64,000 nucleotides of DNA from Tepidisphaera sp. (GCA_050916045.1 CP051526.1:128001-192000), one strand, 5' to 3'. Positions 1-10,422 are shown, numbered from the stretch's first letter. Notes: generated by a model not told the origin, from the letters alone. Numbers and translations are program-made.

Positions 1-270
1 CTTCTCCTGCTCCTCGGTGAGCTTGTTCTCGCCGGCTTTGTCGCCGCGGAGGACGTCCAGAGCCTTCATGATGACGGGCAGACGGAGACCGTCGCCGGGG
101 CGGCGATCGGCCTCGCCAAGCCCACGACCGCGGCCGGGCGTGCTGTTATCACGGACCTTGGGCCCTTCCAGCGGGGCTTCCTTGGGCTTGTCCTGCGCCT
201 GGGCGGTGCCCGCGGCGAAGACCAGAGCGAGCAAACCGGCTTTGAACAGATCACCAGTGACGCGATTCAT
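1..270 (-). CDS. Secreted hypothetical protein (partial, runs off left edge)
   Basis: Manual translation MNRVTGDLFKAGLLALVFAAGTAQAQDKPKEAP...; AAAGGAAA SD upstream; signal peptide ending AQA; no stop before the window edge. Confidence 0.75.
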   Translation of the reverse strand, partial: MNRVTGDLFKAGLLALVFAAGTAQAQDKPKEAPLEGPKVRDNSTPGRGRGLGEADRRPGDGLRLPVIMKALDVLRGDKAGENKLTEEQEK

Positions 271-441
271 GAGCGTTTCCTTTCGAGTACGGAACAGTCC
301 TGCGAACCACCACGATTGCGGGAGACGCGGTGTGCGATCTCCGACACGCGGACTAACGTTGAATCGGCTCGGTCATTGCCGAGCGTCCACTCCGGCCGCC
401 CACCCGCGGTTCCGGGAGCGAGCCAACAAAGTCGGACCTTT

Positions 442-1668
442 ATGAGCCTGAACAAAGACCAGATCTCCGCGGTTCTCCGGACCATCGACAACCCCGCCGC
501 CGATGGCGACCTCGTCGCTTCGGGGGCGGTGCAGTGGATCGCCTGGTGCGACACCTACGGCAGCGTGAAGCTCAGCCTTCCGACCGGGGTCGCGCCGTCC
601 ACCATGGACCAGCTTGCCCGAGTCATCCAGCAGTCGATCGCCGCGATGGCGACCTCCTCGGGAAGCCGGCTGGACTCCCTGATCATCGAGTACGTCGACC
701 ACGCCGGCGCGGTCGTGCACACGGCGCGGTTCGGCCAGCCCACCGGCGGCACCAAGCAGCCCGCGCCCGCCCAAGCGGATGCGGGGCACCGCCCGATCGG
801 CGGGCTTGCATCCGCTCCAACGCGCCAGCCGACGCCGCAGGGCGCCGCACCGACGATCCCGGGGATCCGTCGGGCGATCGCGGTGGGAGCGGGCAAGGGG
901 GGCGTGGGCAAGTCCACGGTGGCTCTGAATCTTGCGGTCGGATTGGCTCGCAAGGGGCATTCGGTGGGTCTGCTGGACGGCGACATTTACGGCCCGAGCA
1001 TGCCGACGATGCTCGACCTTGGCGCGATGGACCAGGCGACGCTCGCCGGGCGGCTGGTGCCCTTCCGCGTCCACGGGATCAAAGCGATCACCATCGGCAA
1101 GCTTGTCGATGCAGACCGTCCGCTCATCTGGCGCGGGCCGATGGCCCACGGAGCGTTCAAGCAGCTGCTGGAGCAGACGGACTGGGGCGAACTGGATTAC
1201 CTCATCATCGATCTGCCGCCCGGGACGGGCGATATCGCGCTCACGATGGCTCAGCAGCTTTCGCTGACGGGCGCGGTGGTGGTGTGCACGCCGCAAAAGG
1301 TGGCTCAGGACGACGCGACGCGAGCGACGCGGATGTTCCAGCAGCTTGGGATCGACGTGCTCGGCGTGGTTGAGAACATGTCGAGCTTCATCGGGGATGA
1401 CGGGAAGGACTACGACATCTTCGGCAAGGGCGGAGCGGAGACGATGGCCCAGCGGCTGGGCGTGCCGTTCCTGGGGTCGCTGCCGATCACGATGTCGCTT
1501 CGCAAGAACAGCGACGAGGGGGACCCGACGGCGAACTTCACCGGGACGGACGCGGCGGGCGTCCGCTTGGCGGCGTCGCTCACGACGCTGACGGAACGTT
1601 TGGAGTCGCAGGTGGCGATGGCTTCGCTGAAAGCGGCATCGCAGCGGCCGGTGCTGAAGATCAGCTAG
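442..1668 (+). CDS. mrp: Mrp/NBP35 (ApbC) Fe-S cluster carrier ATPase
   Basis: GKGGVGKST deviant Walker A, DGDIYGPS, LIWRGPM, DYLIIDLPPGTGD, GVVENMS; start set at ATG 442. Confidence 0.92.
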   Translation: MSLNKDQISAVLRTIDNPAADGDLVASGAVQWIAWCDTYGSVKLSLPTGVAPSTMDQLARVIQQSIAAMATSSGSRLDSLIIEYVDHAGAVVHTARFGQPTGGTKQPAPAQADAGHRPIGGLASAPTRQPTPQGAAPTIPGIRRAIAVGAGKGGVGKSTVALNLAVGLARKGHSVGLLDGDIYGPSMPTMLDLGAMDQATLAGRLVPFRVHGIKAITIGKLVDADRPLIWRGPMAHGAFKQLLEQTDWGELDYLIIDLPPGTGDIALTMAQQLSLTGAVVVCTPQKVAQDDATRATRMFQQLGIDVLGVVENMSSFIGDDGKDYDIFGKGGAETMAQRLGVPFLGSLPITMSLRKNSDEGDPTANFTGTDAAGVRLAASLTTLTERLESQVAMASLKAASQRPVLKIS

Positions 1669-1690
1669 CGCCGATCAGTTCGGGGGTTTC

Positions 1691-2515
1691 ATGAATCATC
1701 GGGAGATTGCAGCAATGGTGTGCGCGACGGCGTGGCCGCAGGTCCGGCGTCGCGTGGTCGCTCTGCTTGAGCGCGGTGGTAACGCGGCACTTGAAGAAGC
1801 CGCGGTCACGCTCGCGGAAGCCGAATTTCGTGGCATGGTTTCGGAGTCAGAGTCATTGCCAGAGAAGGTGCGAACAGCGTTGCGCCATGCGGGACATCCG
1901 CTCGGCTGGCTTCTGCCTCGAAGAATCGAAGTTGAAAGAGAAGTCGGAGTGTGGAACTTCGACGCCAACGAAGGCGGATCGTTGGCAGCAAAGCCGCGTG
2001 CTTCCGGCGTGCCGCTGGTATCAGGACCTGAGTTGCAACTCCAGGTCGTCGAACGAGACGCTTCGAGCTCGCTCGCGGCGTTCGATTCGATCATGACGGA
2101 GTCGAACGGTCGTGCATGTTCGCTCGCGATTGAGCATGATGGAGATCTGACGGAGGGGCTTTGGCGATCACTTCAGTCGCACTTTGAACCCTTCGCGGGC
2201 ATGCGATCCGCGGAAATCGTGCCGCACGGTGACGCTGTGGCTGCCGTCTTGCATATCGCGATCAACGGGGGTGCGTACAGTCGTGGAGCGGGAAGCGCGA
2301 AAGGGCGTCTGGGTGCGTGGCGGACGCTCCAATGGCTGGTAACCCGAGCTGATCGCTCAATGGAAGACACGGTGACCATGGTCGATCGGTGCTGGTGGGT
2401 TCGGTTCTCGACGGATTCTCCGTGGTTCTTCGATATTGCTTGGGACGGGTGCTATGCGTGCTTGAATGCGGCTGAGCGTCGGTTCGCGGTCGTGGCTTGG
2501 ACCGACGTGGACTGA
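1691..2515 (+). CDS. Hypothetical protein, DUF6183-like
   Basis: C-terminal GGAY..G..GRLGAWRTL...WFFDIAWD...AVVAWTDVD resembles DUF6183 proteins as I recall them; more A/T-ending codons than neighbours. Confidence 0.55.
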   Translation: MNHREIAAMVCATAWPQVRRRVVALLERGGNAALEEAAVTLAEAEFRGMVSESESLPEKVRTALRHAGHPLGWLLPRRIEVEREVGVWNFDANEGGSLAAKPRASGVPLVSGPELQLQVVERDASSSLAAFDSIMTESNGRACSLAIEHDGDLTEGLWRSLQSHFEPFAGMRSAEIVPHGDAVAAVLHIAINGGAYSRGAGSAKGRLGAWRTLQWLVTRADRSMEDTVTMVDRCWWVRFSTDSPWFFDIAWDGCYACLNAAERRFAVVAWTDVD

Positions 2516-2586
2516 ATGCGCCGGGCCAGTCCTTGGGTTGGGCGTCATTCCGCCTCTCCCTCGCTGGCGCGTCGGGCTCTGACAAG

Positions 2587-3114
2587 TCAGGGTCTTGGCA
2601 GAATCGTCAAGAACTTCACCCACGGGCCGACCGCGTCGCGGTACTGGTACGCCATGGCTTTGGCGATCTGGTGCGTGTGGCCGAGGTCGTGGACGACCCA
2701 CGATGCGAGGAGCTGGGCGAGGGTGACCGGACCGAGATCGGGGTGAGCCCCTTTGGCCTCGAGCTGTGCCGTGGTCAGGTGCAATCCGCGAAGCTCGGCG
2801 AGGTTGGCTTCCCGGCGGAGGGCGAACTCGGTAAACAGATCATCCATCGTCCGGGAAGCGTTGAGCGTGTACATCGCGTAGCGGTCGAAAGCCGCGAAGG
2901 GCTTGCGGTCGCCGTGTTCGAGGATGTGCTTCGCACGCACGATCCAGTTGTGCTTCTCGCCCTCGATGAGGTGCCCGACGACGTCGAATGGGCTGAAGGT
3001 GTCCGGGCCGTAGTTGCTCCGGGCCCAGAAGTCGCTGACGCCGCGGAGCATCGCGTCCAGCGTCTTGGGCGTGCGTTCGAGCACTTCGAGAGATCGTTCG
3101 AGGTCAAAGGACAT
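2587..3114 (-). CDS. DinB/YfiT family protein
   Basis: FSPFDVVGHL...W..R, HPDLGPVTL.QLL..WVVHDLGHTHQI metal-binding His pattern. Confidence 0.85.
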   Translation of the reverse strand: MSFDLERSLEVLERTPKTLDAMLRGVSDFWARSNYGPDTFSPFDVVGHLIEGEKHNWIVRAKHILEHGDRKPFAAFDRYAMYTLNASRTMDDLFTEFALRREANLAELRGLHLTTAQLEAKGAHPDLGPVTLAQLLASWVVHDLGHTHQIAKAMAYQYRDAVGPWVKFLTILPRP

Positions 3115-3138
3115 GGTTCCGCTCTCCATCGGTGGAGG

Positions 3139-5697
3139 TCACTTCGCGTCGGGAGTAGTGGCCGCTTTGGCTTTCCATTCGTCGGCCTGCGCGGCGTACC
3201 CCTTGCCCGGTTCGGCTTTGTCCCACGCACCGTAGATGGTGACGAGGTCCAAAGCCATCTGCTTGGCGATCGGATGCTTCTCTCCCATCTTGTTCACGAT
3301 GATGGACCTTGCTTCGAGCAAAGCGGCTTCGGCTTCGGCGTGCTTGCCGATCTTGCTGAGGCAACTCCCGTACCAGCCGAGGGTGAAGCCGAGGCCTTCG
3401 TAGTTGGCGGGGAACGCTTTGCGGGTGCCGGCGACGGCCCGCTCGAGCGTTGCAACCGCATCCTCGAACCGGCCGCGCTTTCGCAGCAGGGCGCCGAGGT
3501 TTGAGAGGGAGATCAGCGTGTCGGGATGCTCGGGGCCGAGCACCCTTTCGCTGATGGCGAGGTCCTTGCGGCGGAGCGTCTCGGCCTGATCAAGCATCCC
3601 GAGTTCGATGTAGATCGAGCAGAGGTTGCTCATGGTTGAGAGCGTGCTCTCGTGCTCTTCGCCGAGCACGCGGAGCTTGGCTTGGTAGGTCTCTTCGCCC
3701 AAGGTCCGCGACCGCTCGAAGCGCTGCTTGGACTTCTCGGGGCTGGTCTGTTTTTCCTGTGAAGCGGCCCAGTAGAGCATCCACGCCAGGTTCCCGCGGA
3801 GTTCGAGGGTGAAGGGGTGCTCCTTCTTCCCGAGCTTGTCCGCGGCGGCGAGGGCGTCCCCGAACATCGCTTCGGCTTGGTCGAACTGGCCCTTGTCGGT
3901 CATGAGCGTGGCGAGGGCGTTCATGGTGGCGATGGATTCCCACGCGACGGTCCCGACGGCTTTGCGAGCTTCGAGGGATTCGCGGAGGAGGGGCTCGGCT
4001 TCGGCGGTTCGGCCCTGCTCGACCATGACGGTCGCGAGGCCCTCGAGGCTTTGGAGGGTGATTGGATTCTTCCGGCCGAAGAGGCGTTCGTGCTTGGCGG
4101 CGGCTTCCTTGAGTTGCCCTTCGGCCTCGGCGAACTTTCCGCCCTTGATGAGCAGCAGCGCGAGATCGTTGTTCGCGCGGCAGGTGTCTTCGTGGTCGGG
4201 TCCGAGCTGAGCCGTGCGGATGCGGAGCTGTTCGCGCAGGTGCGTCTCGCCCTGATCAAAGACGCCCAGGCCGTAGTAGGTCCGGCCGATGGTTCCGTGA
4301 AGGCGTGCCGCGACGAGCGGGCGGTCGGAGAAGCGTTCGCCGACGGACTTGGCCGCTCCGTCGAGGACCTTGCGGACGGTGACGTCTTTGCCTTGGGCGG
4401 TGGGGTCGGCGGCGGCGAGCATCTCGTCGAGGAACGCGACGGTGGCTTCGGCTTCGGCGAGTCGGGCGAGGGAGGCGGATTCGGCTTTGGTCGCCCGGGA
4501 GGCTTGCTGTTCGGCGGATTCCCGCTGCGTGCGGGCTTCGAGCAGGCCCATGGTCGTGCCGACGATGCCCAGGACGAGAGCGGCGGCGACGACTCCTCCG
4601 GCGACGACGGCACCGCGGTGGCGGCTGACGAACTTCCTCACGCGGTACGCGGCTCCGGGCGGAGCGGCGATGACGGGCTCGCCGGTGAGGTATCGGCGGA
4701 TGTCCATCGCGAGGCCGTCAGCGGTGGGGTACCGGCGGTGCCGGTCTTTCTCCATGGCTTTCATCACGATCCAGTCGAGCTCGCCGCGGATGGTGGAGCC
4801 GAGTTGCCGGGGCTCGGTGTGCCGCTTGGCGGCGATGCCGACGATCGTGTCGCTGCTTTGCGAAAGGCGCGTGCTGGGGACGGGGGGCTCGATCTCGCGG
4901 ATGATGCGCTGGATCTCGCCGTACGCGGCGGAGCGCAGGTCGCGTCCGCTGAAGGGCGTGGTGCCGGTGAGCAGTTCGTACAGCAGCACGCCGAGGGAGT
5001 AGACGTCGGTGCGGGTGTCGATGTCCATCGAGCCTTCGGCCTGCTCGGGGCTCATGTATTCGGGGGTGCCGATGAGCTCGCGGTGTTCGGTGAAGAATGT
5101 CTGTTCGGTGAGCCGGGCGCTGGTGGCTTTGGCGATGCCGAAGTCGATGACCTTGGGGCTGGGCTTGCCGTCCTGGAGCGCGACGAGGACGTTGCTGGGC
5201 TTGAGGTCGCGGTGGATGATGCCCTTGGTGTGGGCGTGCTGAACTGCGCCGCAGACGTGGGCGAAGAGGTCGAGGCGTTCGGCGACACTGAGGCTGTTCT
5301 TGTCGCAGTAATCGATGATGGGCTCGCCTTTGACGAGCTCCATGACGAAGTAGGGTCGGCCGGTTTCGGTCGCGCCGGCGTCAAAGACCCGCGCGATGTG
5401 CGGGTGGTCCATGATGGCCAGGGCCTGCCGCTCCTGCTCGAAACGGGCGACGACCTGCCGCGTGTCCATGCCGAGCTTGATGATCTTGAGGGCGACGACC
5501 CGCTGGACGGGTTGCTCCTGCTTGGCCATGTAGACCGCGCCGAATCCGCCCTCGCCGATGAGCTGGATGATTCGGTAGGGGCCAATGCGCGTGCCGGGCG
5601 GCTCGCGGAAGTGAGCGGTCCCGGTCGGGCTCGGCTCGGCGGCGGTGGGCTTGTCGACCGTCGGATTCGACGAGAGCGATGGCGCGGGGTCGGTCAT
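3139..5697 (-). CDS. Membrane Ser/Thr protein kinase with C-terminal TPR repeats
   Basis: [36 protein letters not shown] helix [18 protein letters not shown]; LGxxHxxT TPR repeats. Confidence 0.95.
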   Translation of the reverse strand: MTDPAPSLSSNPTVDKPTAAEPSPTGTAHFREPPGTRIGPYRIIQLIGEGGFGAVYMAKQEQPVQRVVALKIIKLGMDTRQVVARFEQERQALAIMDHPHIARVFDAGATETGRPYFVMELVKGEPIIDYCDKNSLSVAERLDLFAHVCGAVQHAHTKGIIHRDLKPSNVLVALQDGKPSPKVIDFGIAKATSARLTEQTFFTEHRELIGTPEYMSPEQAEGSMDIDTRTDVYSLGVLLYELLTGTTPFSGRDLRSAAYGEIQRIIREIEPPVPSTRLSQSSDTIVGIAAKRHTEPRQLGSTIRGELDWIVMKAMEKDRHRRYPTADGLAMDIRRYLTGEPVIAAPPGAAYRVRKFVSRHRGAVVAGGVVAAALVLGIVGTTMGLLEARTQRESAEQQASRATKAESASLARLAEAEATVAFLDEMLAAADPTAQGKDVTVRKVLDGAAKSVGERFSDRPLVAARLHGTIGRTYYGLGVFDQGETHLREQLRIRTAQLGPDHEDTCRANNDLALLLIKGGKFAEAEGQLKEAAAKHERLFGRKNPITLQSLEGLATVMVEQGRTAEAEPLLRESLEARKAVGTVAWESIATMNALATLMTDKGQFDQAEAMFGDALAAADKLGKKEHPFTLELRGNLAWMLYWAASQEKQTSPEKSKQRFERSRTLGEETYQAKLRVLGEEHESTLSTMSNLCSIYIELGMLDQAETLRRKDLAISERVLGPEHPDTLISLSNLGALLRKRGRFEDAVATLERAVAGTRKAFPANYEGLGFTLGWYGSCLSKIGKHAEAEAALLEARSIIVNKMGEKHPIAKQMALDLVTIYGAWDKAEPGKGYAAQADEWKAKAATTPDAK

Positions 5698-5780
5698 GCA
5701 GAGAGTCTACCGAAGGCCTCGGGATTCCGCACCAACTTTCGGAATCACCGCGGCAACCTTCCGGTTGCCGCGGCGCGTGA

Positions 5781-6980
5781 TCAGCAGCCAGCTTCGAACT
5801 CGCCGACGAACGTGTCGTAGTCGAAGAAGTCGACGAACCCGTCCCCGTTGACGTCAGCGGTCTTGCCGGGGGGACAACCAGCACCCTCGAAGCAGGCGAC
5901 GTAAACGTCGTAGTCGAAGAAGTCGAGGAAGCCGTCGCCGTTGAAGTCCGTCGCACAGATGGGCCTGGTCCAGATCACAGCTTCGACTCGATTGGTGATG
6001 GTGTTGAGGCCGTAGCCCGAGATGATGGTGTTCACGCCATCGCTGGTGATACCAGTCGCCTCGCTTCTCGTGAATCCTGCCGGCAGGAAGGTCGACAGAT
6101 CGACCCACGAAGCCGCCGTTCCACTCCACAGGCTCGCGCGCTGCAAACCGTTCACGGTGGCCGATCCCACCTGCTGGCCGTTCAAGACGCCGTATGCTCG
6201 GGAGGTCGTCGAGCCCGCCGGATCGAGATTGACCCACGATTGCGCCGTCCCGGTCCACAAGCTTGCGCGAGGCACGCCGCCCAGATTGACATCCCCCACC
6301 TGCTGTCCGCCGTGGACGGCGCGGGCTGTGGAAACCGTATTGAGCCCAGGGTCAAGATCGACATGGGAGGCGGCCGTCCCGCTCCAGAGGCACGCGCGAT
6401 TACTGAACTCAGGCGTCCAGAACCCCACCTGCTGCACGCCGTCGGTGCCCAAGGCTCGCGCGCTCCCGGTCTGCGGCGGGGTGAGATTGACAAAGGATGC
6501 AGCCGACCCGGTCCACAAAATCGCTGACTGTGGACCAGCCGAGGAGAATTGAGCGAACCCCACCTGCTGCCCGCCGCTTGCGCCGAAGGCGGTGGACGTC
6601 GCCGCGCCCGTCGGACTGAGATCGACCCACGAGTCCGCCGTCCCAGTCCACAGGCTCGCGCGACCGCGTCCATCCCGCAGGGTCCACCCCACCTGCTGCC
6701 CGTCGCCAGCGCCCCAGGCGATAGATTGCAGCGCACCATCGGAATGGAGATTCACGAACGAGCCCGCTGTCCCGCTCCACACGGCCGCTCGGTTCACCCC
6801 GACGCCTTGCACGATGTACCCCACCTGCTGCGCGCCGCCGGCGCCCGTAGCTTGGGACTGTGTCGGGCCGGACGGGTGGAGGACGGTGACCGTCCACTGC
6901 GCCTGCGCAGCAGTGGACATGACCAGAGTTCCGGTGATGGCCGCGAGTCGGGCCACGCTGATGAAAGACTGCACAGACAT
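5781..6980 (-). CDS. Secreted repeat (probable beta-propeller) protein with GC-type dockerin-like tail
   Basis: AGGAG SD then ATG 6980; signal peptide; six QQVG...A.LW.GTA.S.V.L.P repeats; paired DFNGDGFxDFFDY motifs ending GC. Confidence 0.85.
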   Translation of the reverse strand: MSVQSFISVARLAAITGTLVMSTAAQAQWTVTVLHPSGPTQSQATGAGGAQQVGYIVQGVGVNRAAVWSGTAGSFVNLHSDGALQSIAWGAGDGQQVGWTLRDGRGRASLWTGTADSWVDLSPTGAATSTAFGASGGQQVGFAQFSSAGPQSAILWTGSAASFVNLTPPQTGSARALGTDGVQQVGFWTPEFSNRACLWSGTAASHVDLDPGLNTVSTARAVHGGQQVGDVNLGGVPRASLWTGTAQSWVNLDPAGSTTSRAYGVLNGQQVGSATVNGLQRASLWSGTAASWVDLSTFLPAGFTRSEATGITSDGVNTIISGYGLNTITNRVEAVIWTRPICATDFNGDGFLDFFDYDVYVACFEGAGCPPGKTADVNGDGFVDFFDYDTFVGEFEAGC

Positions 6981-7105
6981 AACGTTCTCCTCGGGCTTGC
7001 GCCCGCACACACCATGCGGCGACAACACTGTCACCGCTGAACGCCCCCACGAGTTTGCTCAGCCTGGATTCTCAATACCGATATGGAATCGGGTGCTCAC
7101 ACACG
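6931..7105. repeat. 175-bp direct repeat copy 1 (leader, SD and signal-peptide start)
   Basis: Ungapped manual alignment to 8227-8401 gives 20 mismatches in 175 nt. Confidence 0.95.
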
Positions 7106-7157
7106 ATCAGCGTCCTCGCCGCCGCGCGGCCATCAGGCCGCCCACGCCCAGCGGCGG

Positions 7158-8276
7158 TCAGCACCCGGTCTCGAACGCGAGGACATAATCGTCGTAGTCG
7201 AAGAAGTCGACAAAGCCGTCGCTGTTGAAGTCGGCGGAGCCGCCACCGCAAACTTCGGTCTCGAAGCACTGGACGAAGGCGTCGTAGTCGAAGAAGTCGA
7301 GAAAGCCGTCGCCGTTGAAGTCCGGACGGCACAGCGGCGGCAGTGCAGGGCTCGCGAAACGGAAACCTGTGTTCGCTTGCTCAGCCGCTGGGGAGCCGGA
7401 GGACCAGAATCCCGAGCCAATACCAAAGCGGGAGTTGTCGAAGAACGAGCCACCGCGCTGGAGTTTCTCACCGGCAAAGAAACCATCCTCGTTCCACTCC
7501 CACACATTGCCGGACATGTCAAACGCACCGTAGAAGCTGGTCGTTCCCGCCGAACCGACGGCGGTCACATTGCCGTTCTGTCCGTTCCAGTCGCAACCAA
7601 CGTCGTAGTTGACGACGTTTGGGCCAGGGTTGGCGATGTCGCCCGTCGTGGTTGCGGTCGCGACGACCGGCACGATGTTGCTCTGCGTCGCAAAGCCCCA
7701 GTAGTTGTCGGTGTCGCCGCCCAGGCTGGCGGGCTGGTGGTACGCGGCTTTGTACCACTCGTGGTTGGTGGGAATGAAGACCTGGTTGGGATTCGAGAGG
7801 TCGCGTGTGATCGCGACGAGGATGTTTCCATTCAAGGTGTACACGCCGCTCTCGGTGTCGCCCGAACCCTGCCCGTTGGTCAGCCAGTTGGCCATCCGGG
7901 CCGCGTCGAAGAAGCTCACGAAGTTCACGGGCTTGTTGCCCATGTTGGGCCGTAAGGCGTAGGTGAACGAGCCGTCGGTGCCCGTGCGGGTGATGCCGCC
8001 GCGCGGGTCCGAACCCATGCTGGGATTGAAGAGGCCGTTGGGGTCGCTCGCGGCGACCACGTTGAGGAACGCGGCGTACTGCGCGTTGGTGACCTCAAAC
8101 GTCCCGATGCGAAACTCGTACGCGACCCCGCCCCTGCCGAAGGCGTTTGGGTCGCCCGCATTGCCGGGGTTTCCGACGGTGCGGAACTCGAGGGTGACTT
8201 GCGCCGAGGCGACGGGCGCGCCCAAGCCGGTGACGGCCGCGAGCCCGGCCACGCTGATGAAGGACCTCAAAAACGT
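7158..8276 (-). CDS. Secreted FGE-sulfatase (SUMF1/EgtB/PvdO) domain protein with GC-type dockerin-like tail
   Basis: FEVTNAQYAAFLN, PVNFVS, EWYKAAY, DMSGNVWEW, RGGSF, GFR; dockerin tail. Start uncertain: ACG at 8276 occupies the paralogue's ATG position; TTG 8270 or GTG 8330/8333 are alternatives. Confidence 0.85.
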   Translation of the reverse strand, partial: TFLRSFISVAGLAAVTGLGAPVASAQVTLEFRTVGNPGNAGDPNAFGRGGVAYEFRIGTFEVTNAQYAAFLNVVAASDPNGLFNPSMGSDPRGGITRTGTDGSFTYALRPNMGNKPVNFVSFFDAARMANWLTNGQGSGDTESGVYTLNGNILVAITRDLSNPNQVFIPTNHEWYKAAYHQPASLGGDTDNYWGFATQSNIVPVVATATTTGDIANPGPNVVNYDVGCDWNGQNGNVTAVGSAGTTSFYGAFDMSGNVWEWNEDGFFAGEKLQRGGSFFDNSRFGIGSGFWSSGSPAAEQANTGFRFASPALPPLCRPDFNGDGFLDFFDYDAFVQCFETEVCGGGSADFNSDGFVDFFDYDDYVLAFETGC

Positions 8277-8401
8277 ATCGTTCTCCTCGGGCTTGCGCCC
8301 GCACGCACCATGCGGCGACAACAACGTCACCACTGAACGCCCCCACGAGTTTTCTCAGCCTGGATCGTCAATACCGATGTGGAATCAGGTGATCACACAC
8401 G
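8227..8401. repeat. 175-bp direct repeat copy 2
   Basis: About 89% identical to 6931-7105; offset 1296 bp. Confidence 0.95.
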
Positions 8402-8454
8402 GCCAAGGTACCGGTAACGGCCGCGAGCCCGGCCACACTGAACGAATTCTTCAT
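8368..8454 (-). pseudogene. Orphan signal-peptide remnant (MKNSFSVAGLAAVTGTLAV...) fused to repeat copy 2
   Basis: 8411-8440 matches the signal-peptide codons of the two downstream genes; SD-like GGAGAGGG upstream; frame stops inside the repeat after 28 codons. Confidence 0.6.
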
Positions 8455-8895
8455 GGAACACCCTCTCCCCCCGAATCTCTCCGAGATCCCAGTTCTCTTG
8501 AGCAGTTTCTCGCGTCCCAGCACCATGTCCGCACTTGGGCCAGGTTGGCCCTTCAGACATCTGAGACGCCCCGCTCCCTGCTCCGATGTCCGCACCCGGA
8601 TCCGGCATTGCGGGCACCCTCTCAGAAGATCGCGAAACTTTGGGCGATGCGCCACAAAGGTGCCGGAGCCCCTCTCTAGCAATCCCCAGAAGGTCCTCTC
8701 CTGGTGTCAGTGCGTCATCGTGTCCGCGAGTTCCCGAACCGCTCCCGACCGTCTGACCGGCCGGAGCGGCGGCGTGGAGCTGCACTCGCATGGACTTCGT
8801 TGCGAGCGGCTCGAAGGTTCATCAACCCTCGAAGTCATCCAAAGCGGCTGACTTCGAGACCACGGGCACCCATCTCCCTCACGGTCTTGGCTCTG

Positions 8896-10422
8896 TCAGA
8901 GGCCGTAGACCTCGCCCAGCTTGCCTTCGAGGTGGCGCATCAGCGGGTCGGCGGAAAGCGGCTTGCCCGTCACCTTCTCGCAGAGCTCCGCCGCGCGGTA
9001 CCGGCGACCGTGGGCGTGGATGTTGGTGTTGAGCCACTTCTTCAGCGCGGCGAAGTCGCCCTTGGTCAAGCGGGCCGGAAGGTCCTTGATCTTCTTGTTG
9101 ATCGTCTCCCAAAGCTGCGCCGCGTAGAGGTTGCCCAGGGTGTACGTCGGGAAGTAACCGACCAGACCAAAGCTCCAGTGCACGTCCTGCAGGCAGCCGC
9201 GGCGGTCGTCGGGGACCTTCACGCCCAGGTACTCCTTGTACTTGGCGTTCCAGACGCCCGGGACGTCCTTGACCGCGAGCGAGCCCGAGAGCAGAGCCCG
9301 CTCGATCTCGAACCGGATCATGACGTGCAGGTTGTACGTCCCTTCGTCGGCTTCGACGCGGATGAAGCTCGGCGTGCAGGTGTTGACGGCGCGGTAGAGG
9401 TCCTCGACCTTGGCGGTCTTGAAGGCTTTCGCGTGCGGGCCGTACTGCTTCTTGACGTGGGGGAGAGCCCACTTCCAGAATTCGCGGCTTCGGCCGACCA
9501 TGTTCTCCCACATGCGCGACTGGCTTTCGTGGATGCCCAGACTGATATCGCCGGCGAGGGGCGTGCCCGCCGCGGGGCTCTTCTTCGGCAAGCCCTGCTC
9601 GTAGAGGCCGTGGCCCATCTCGTGCATGGTGCCGTAGAGAGCGTCGGTGAACTTCTCGCCGCGGTAGCGGGTGGTCAGACGCGTATCGCCCGGGGCGATC
9701 CCTGAGCAGAACGGGTGCGTCGTCGTGTCGAGGCGGCCGGACTTGAGGTCAAACCCCATGGACTCAAGCACGAACAGGCCGAACGCGTGCTGGGCGCCGG
9801 CGGGGACCTTGGAATCAAGGATCTTGGTGTTCACCTTGGTCTTGCTCGCGGCGACGCGGTGGATCAGGTCGCTCAGGCGTGCCCGCAGCGGTGTGAAGAC
9901 CTGTTCGATTTCGGCGGCGGTGATGCCGGGCTCATACTCGTTCAGCAGCGCGTCGTAGGCTTCGCCCCCCTTCGGCACGCCATAGCACTGAGCTTTCTGC
10001 TTGCAGAGGTCCATGACCTTGGTGAGCCAGGGGGCGAACTTCTTGAAGTCGCTCTTCTCGCGGGCGTGCTTCCACTCTTCGGAGGCTTTGCTGGTGGTGA
10101 CGGCCCATTCCTCGACGAGGCTGGTGGGGAGCTTGGTGGCCAGGTCGTAATCGCGACGCATCTCGCGGACGTTCGCGGCTTCGGCGGAACCTTCGGCCAT
10201 GGACTTGCCGAACTCGGCTTCGCACGCGGCGATCAGGTCGCCGATCTTCTTGCTTGTCTTGCGTTCGTGGACGATGCCCGCGAGCAGGCCCTGCTGCTCC
10301 GCTCGGGCGTCGACGCCCCCTTCGGGCATGTACGTCTCCTGGTCCCAGCCCAGCAGGGAGGAGATGGACCCAAGGGTGGAAACCTCGCGGACGAGTTTGC
10401 ACAGATCGGCGTAGTTGCTCAT
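8896..10422 (-). CDS. Carboxypeptidase M32 (Taq family)
   Basis: HPF, HEMGH, HESQS, IRVEADE, LQDVHW, GYFPTYTLG. Confidence 0.95.
   Translation of the reverse strand: MSNYADLCKLVREVSTLGSISSLLGWDQETYMPEGGVDARAEQQGLLAGIVHERKTSKKIGDLIAACEAEFGKSMAEGSAEAANVREMRRDYDLATKLPTSLVEEWAVTTSKASEEWKHAREKSDFKKFAPWLTKVMDLCKQKAQCYGVPKGGEAYDALLNEYEPGITAAEIEQVFTPLRARLSDLIHRVAASKTKVNTKILDSKVPAGAQHAFGLFVLESMGFDLKSGRLDTTTHPFCSGIAPGDTRLTTRYRGEKFTDALYGTMHEMGHGLYEQGLPKKSPAAGTPLAGDISLGIHESQSRMWENMVGRSREFWKWALPHVKKQYGPHAKAFKTAKVEDLYRAVNTCTPSFIRVEADEGTYNLHVMIRFEIERALLSGSLAVKDVPGVWNAKYKEYLGVKVPDDRRGCLQDVHWSFGLVGYFPTYTLGNLYAAQLWETINKKIKDLPARLTKGDFAALKKWLNTNIHAHGRRYRAAELCEKVTGKPLSADPLMRHLEGKLGEVYGL

Noticed and set aside
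7158..8401. Diversity-generating retroelement (FGE/CLec-fold target with nearby repeats)
   Set aside because: No reverse transcriptase in the window; the repeat covers the 5' leader, not the C-terminal RGGS..GFR region; mismatches are not adenine-specific
8455..8895. Possible ncRNA or small gene in the 440-bp gap
   Set aside because: No recognisable RNA family motif, convincing ORF or SD
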